A stretch of 64,000 bases of DNA from Acidobacteriota bacterium. GTDB taxonomy: Bacteria > Acidobacteriota > UBA890 > WLXD01. Both the position numbers and the translations under genes were made by a program. The DNA lies in NCBI GenBank assembly GCA_965205505.1, contig CBDBHB010000009.1, positions 1,376,001 to 1,440,000 on the forward strand, read 5' to 3'. Position 1 is the stretch's first letter; the number at the start of each line of letters is the position of its first letter. Of the stretch, positions 63,795 to 64,000 are shown piece after piece. The notes beneath the pieces were generated by a model. That model was not told where the DNA came from. It did no database searches and saw only the letters and a list, made by a program, of their open reading frames with translations.

Positions 63795-63938
63795 CTCGCC
63801 CGCTTCGAGCAGGAAGCCCGCGCTGCCGCTGCCCTGAACCACCCACACATCGCAGCCGTTCACGACGTGGGCACCGAAGACGGCACCCACTTCATGGTGC
63901 AGGAGTACCTGGAGGGAGACACGCTCCGGGAGCCGCTA
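63795..63938 (+). pseudogene. internal kinase fragment
   Basis: [48 protein letters not shown], near-identical to 58496-58639. Confidence 0.85.
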
Positions 63939-64000
63939 CCTATCGCACCAACCAGGTCGTCAACGCGAGCGACAGATGCGCAGATTCAAGTCCGTGGCTC

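Overview
GC-rich bacterial window, most likely Acidobacteriota- or Gemmatimonadota-like. This is an inference from the PadR plus duplicated orphan ABC permease (ADOP) pairs and the many Ser/Thr kinase-TolB-propeller genes. The first ~25 kb carries secreted hydrolases and catabolic genes. It also has two selenoprotein genes that the ORF track splits at in-frame UGA codons (a TlpA-like U-x-C redoxin and a secreted deiodinase-like C-x-x-U multidomain protein, each with a SECIS-like hairpin) and a CTAG-flanked MITE family. The part downstream of a 3' tRNA-fMet fragment (24876-24926, a probable att scar) is an accessory island. From 27.3 kb to the end, about a dozen co-oriented remnants of one Ser/Thr kinase-propeller gene family alternate with unrelated cargo genes. 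The remnants are a sigma70-like promoter with the first codons, or the last ~17 codons. The cargo includes an MBL hydrolase, ADOP/PadR, an esterase, a sulfatase-like protein, SpdH-like oxidoreductases, a decarboxylase, ectC, a K+ channel and a Rieske oxygenase. The array ends in three near-full-length but frameshifted kinase genes. Some cargo genes are fused to, coupled to, or directly abut the remnants. The best candidate for an undescribed system is therefore a cassette-like gene-capture array that uses conserved kinase gene ends as junctions; simple decay of a tandem kinase array is the alternative. A 150-bp direct repeat beside a tRNA-Leu 3' fragment brackets a decarboxylase gene. No integrase, transposase or reverse transcriptase gene was recognised. 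All product calls come from motif recognition only; no database searches were run.
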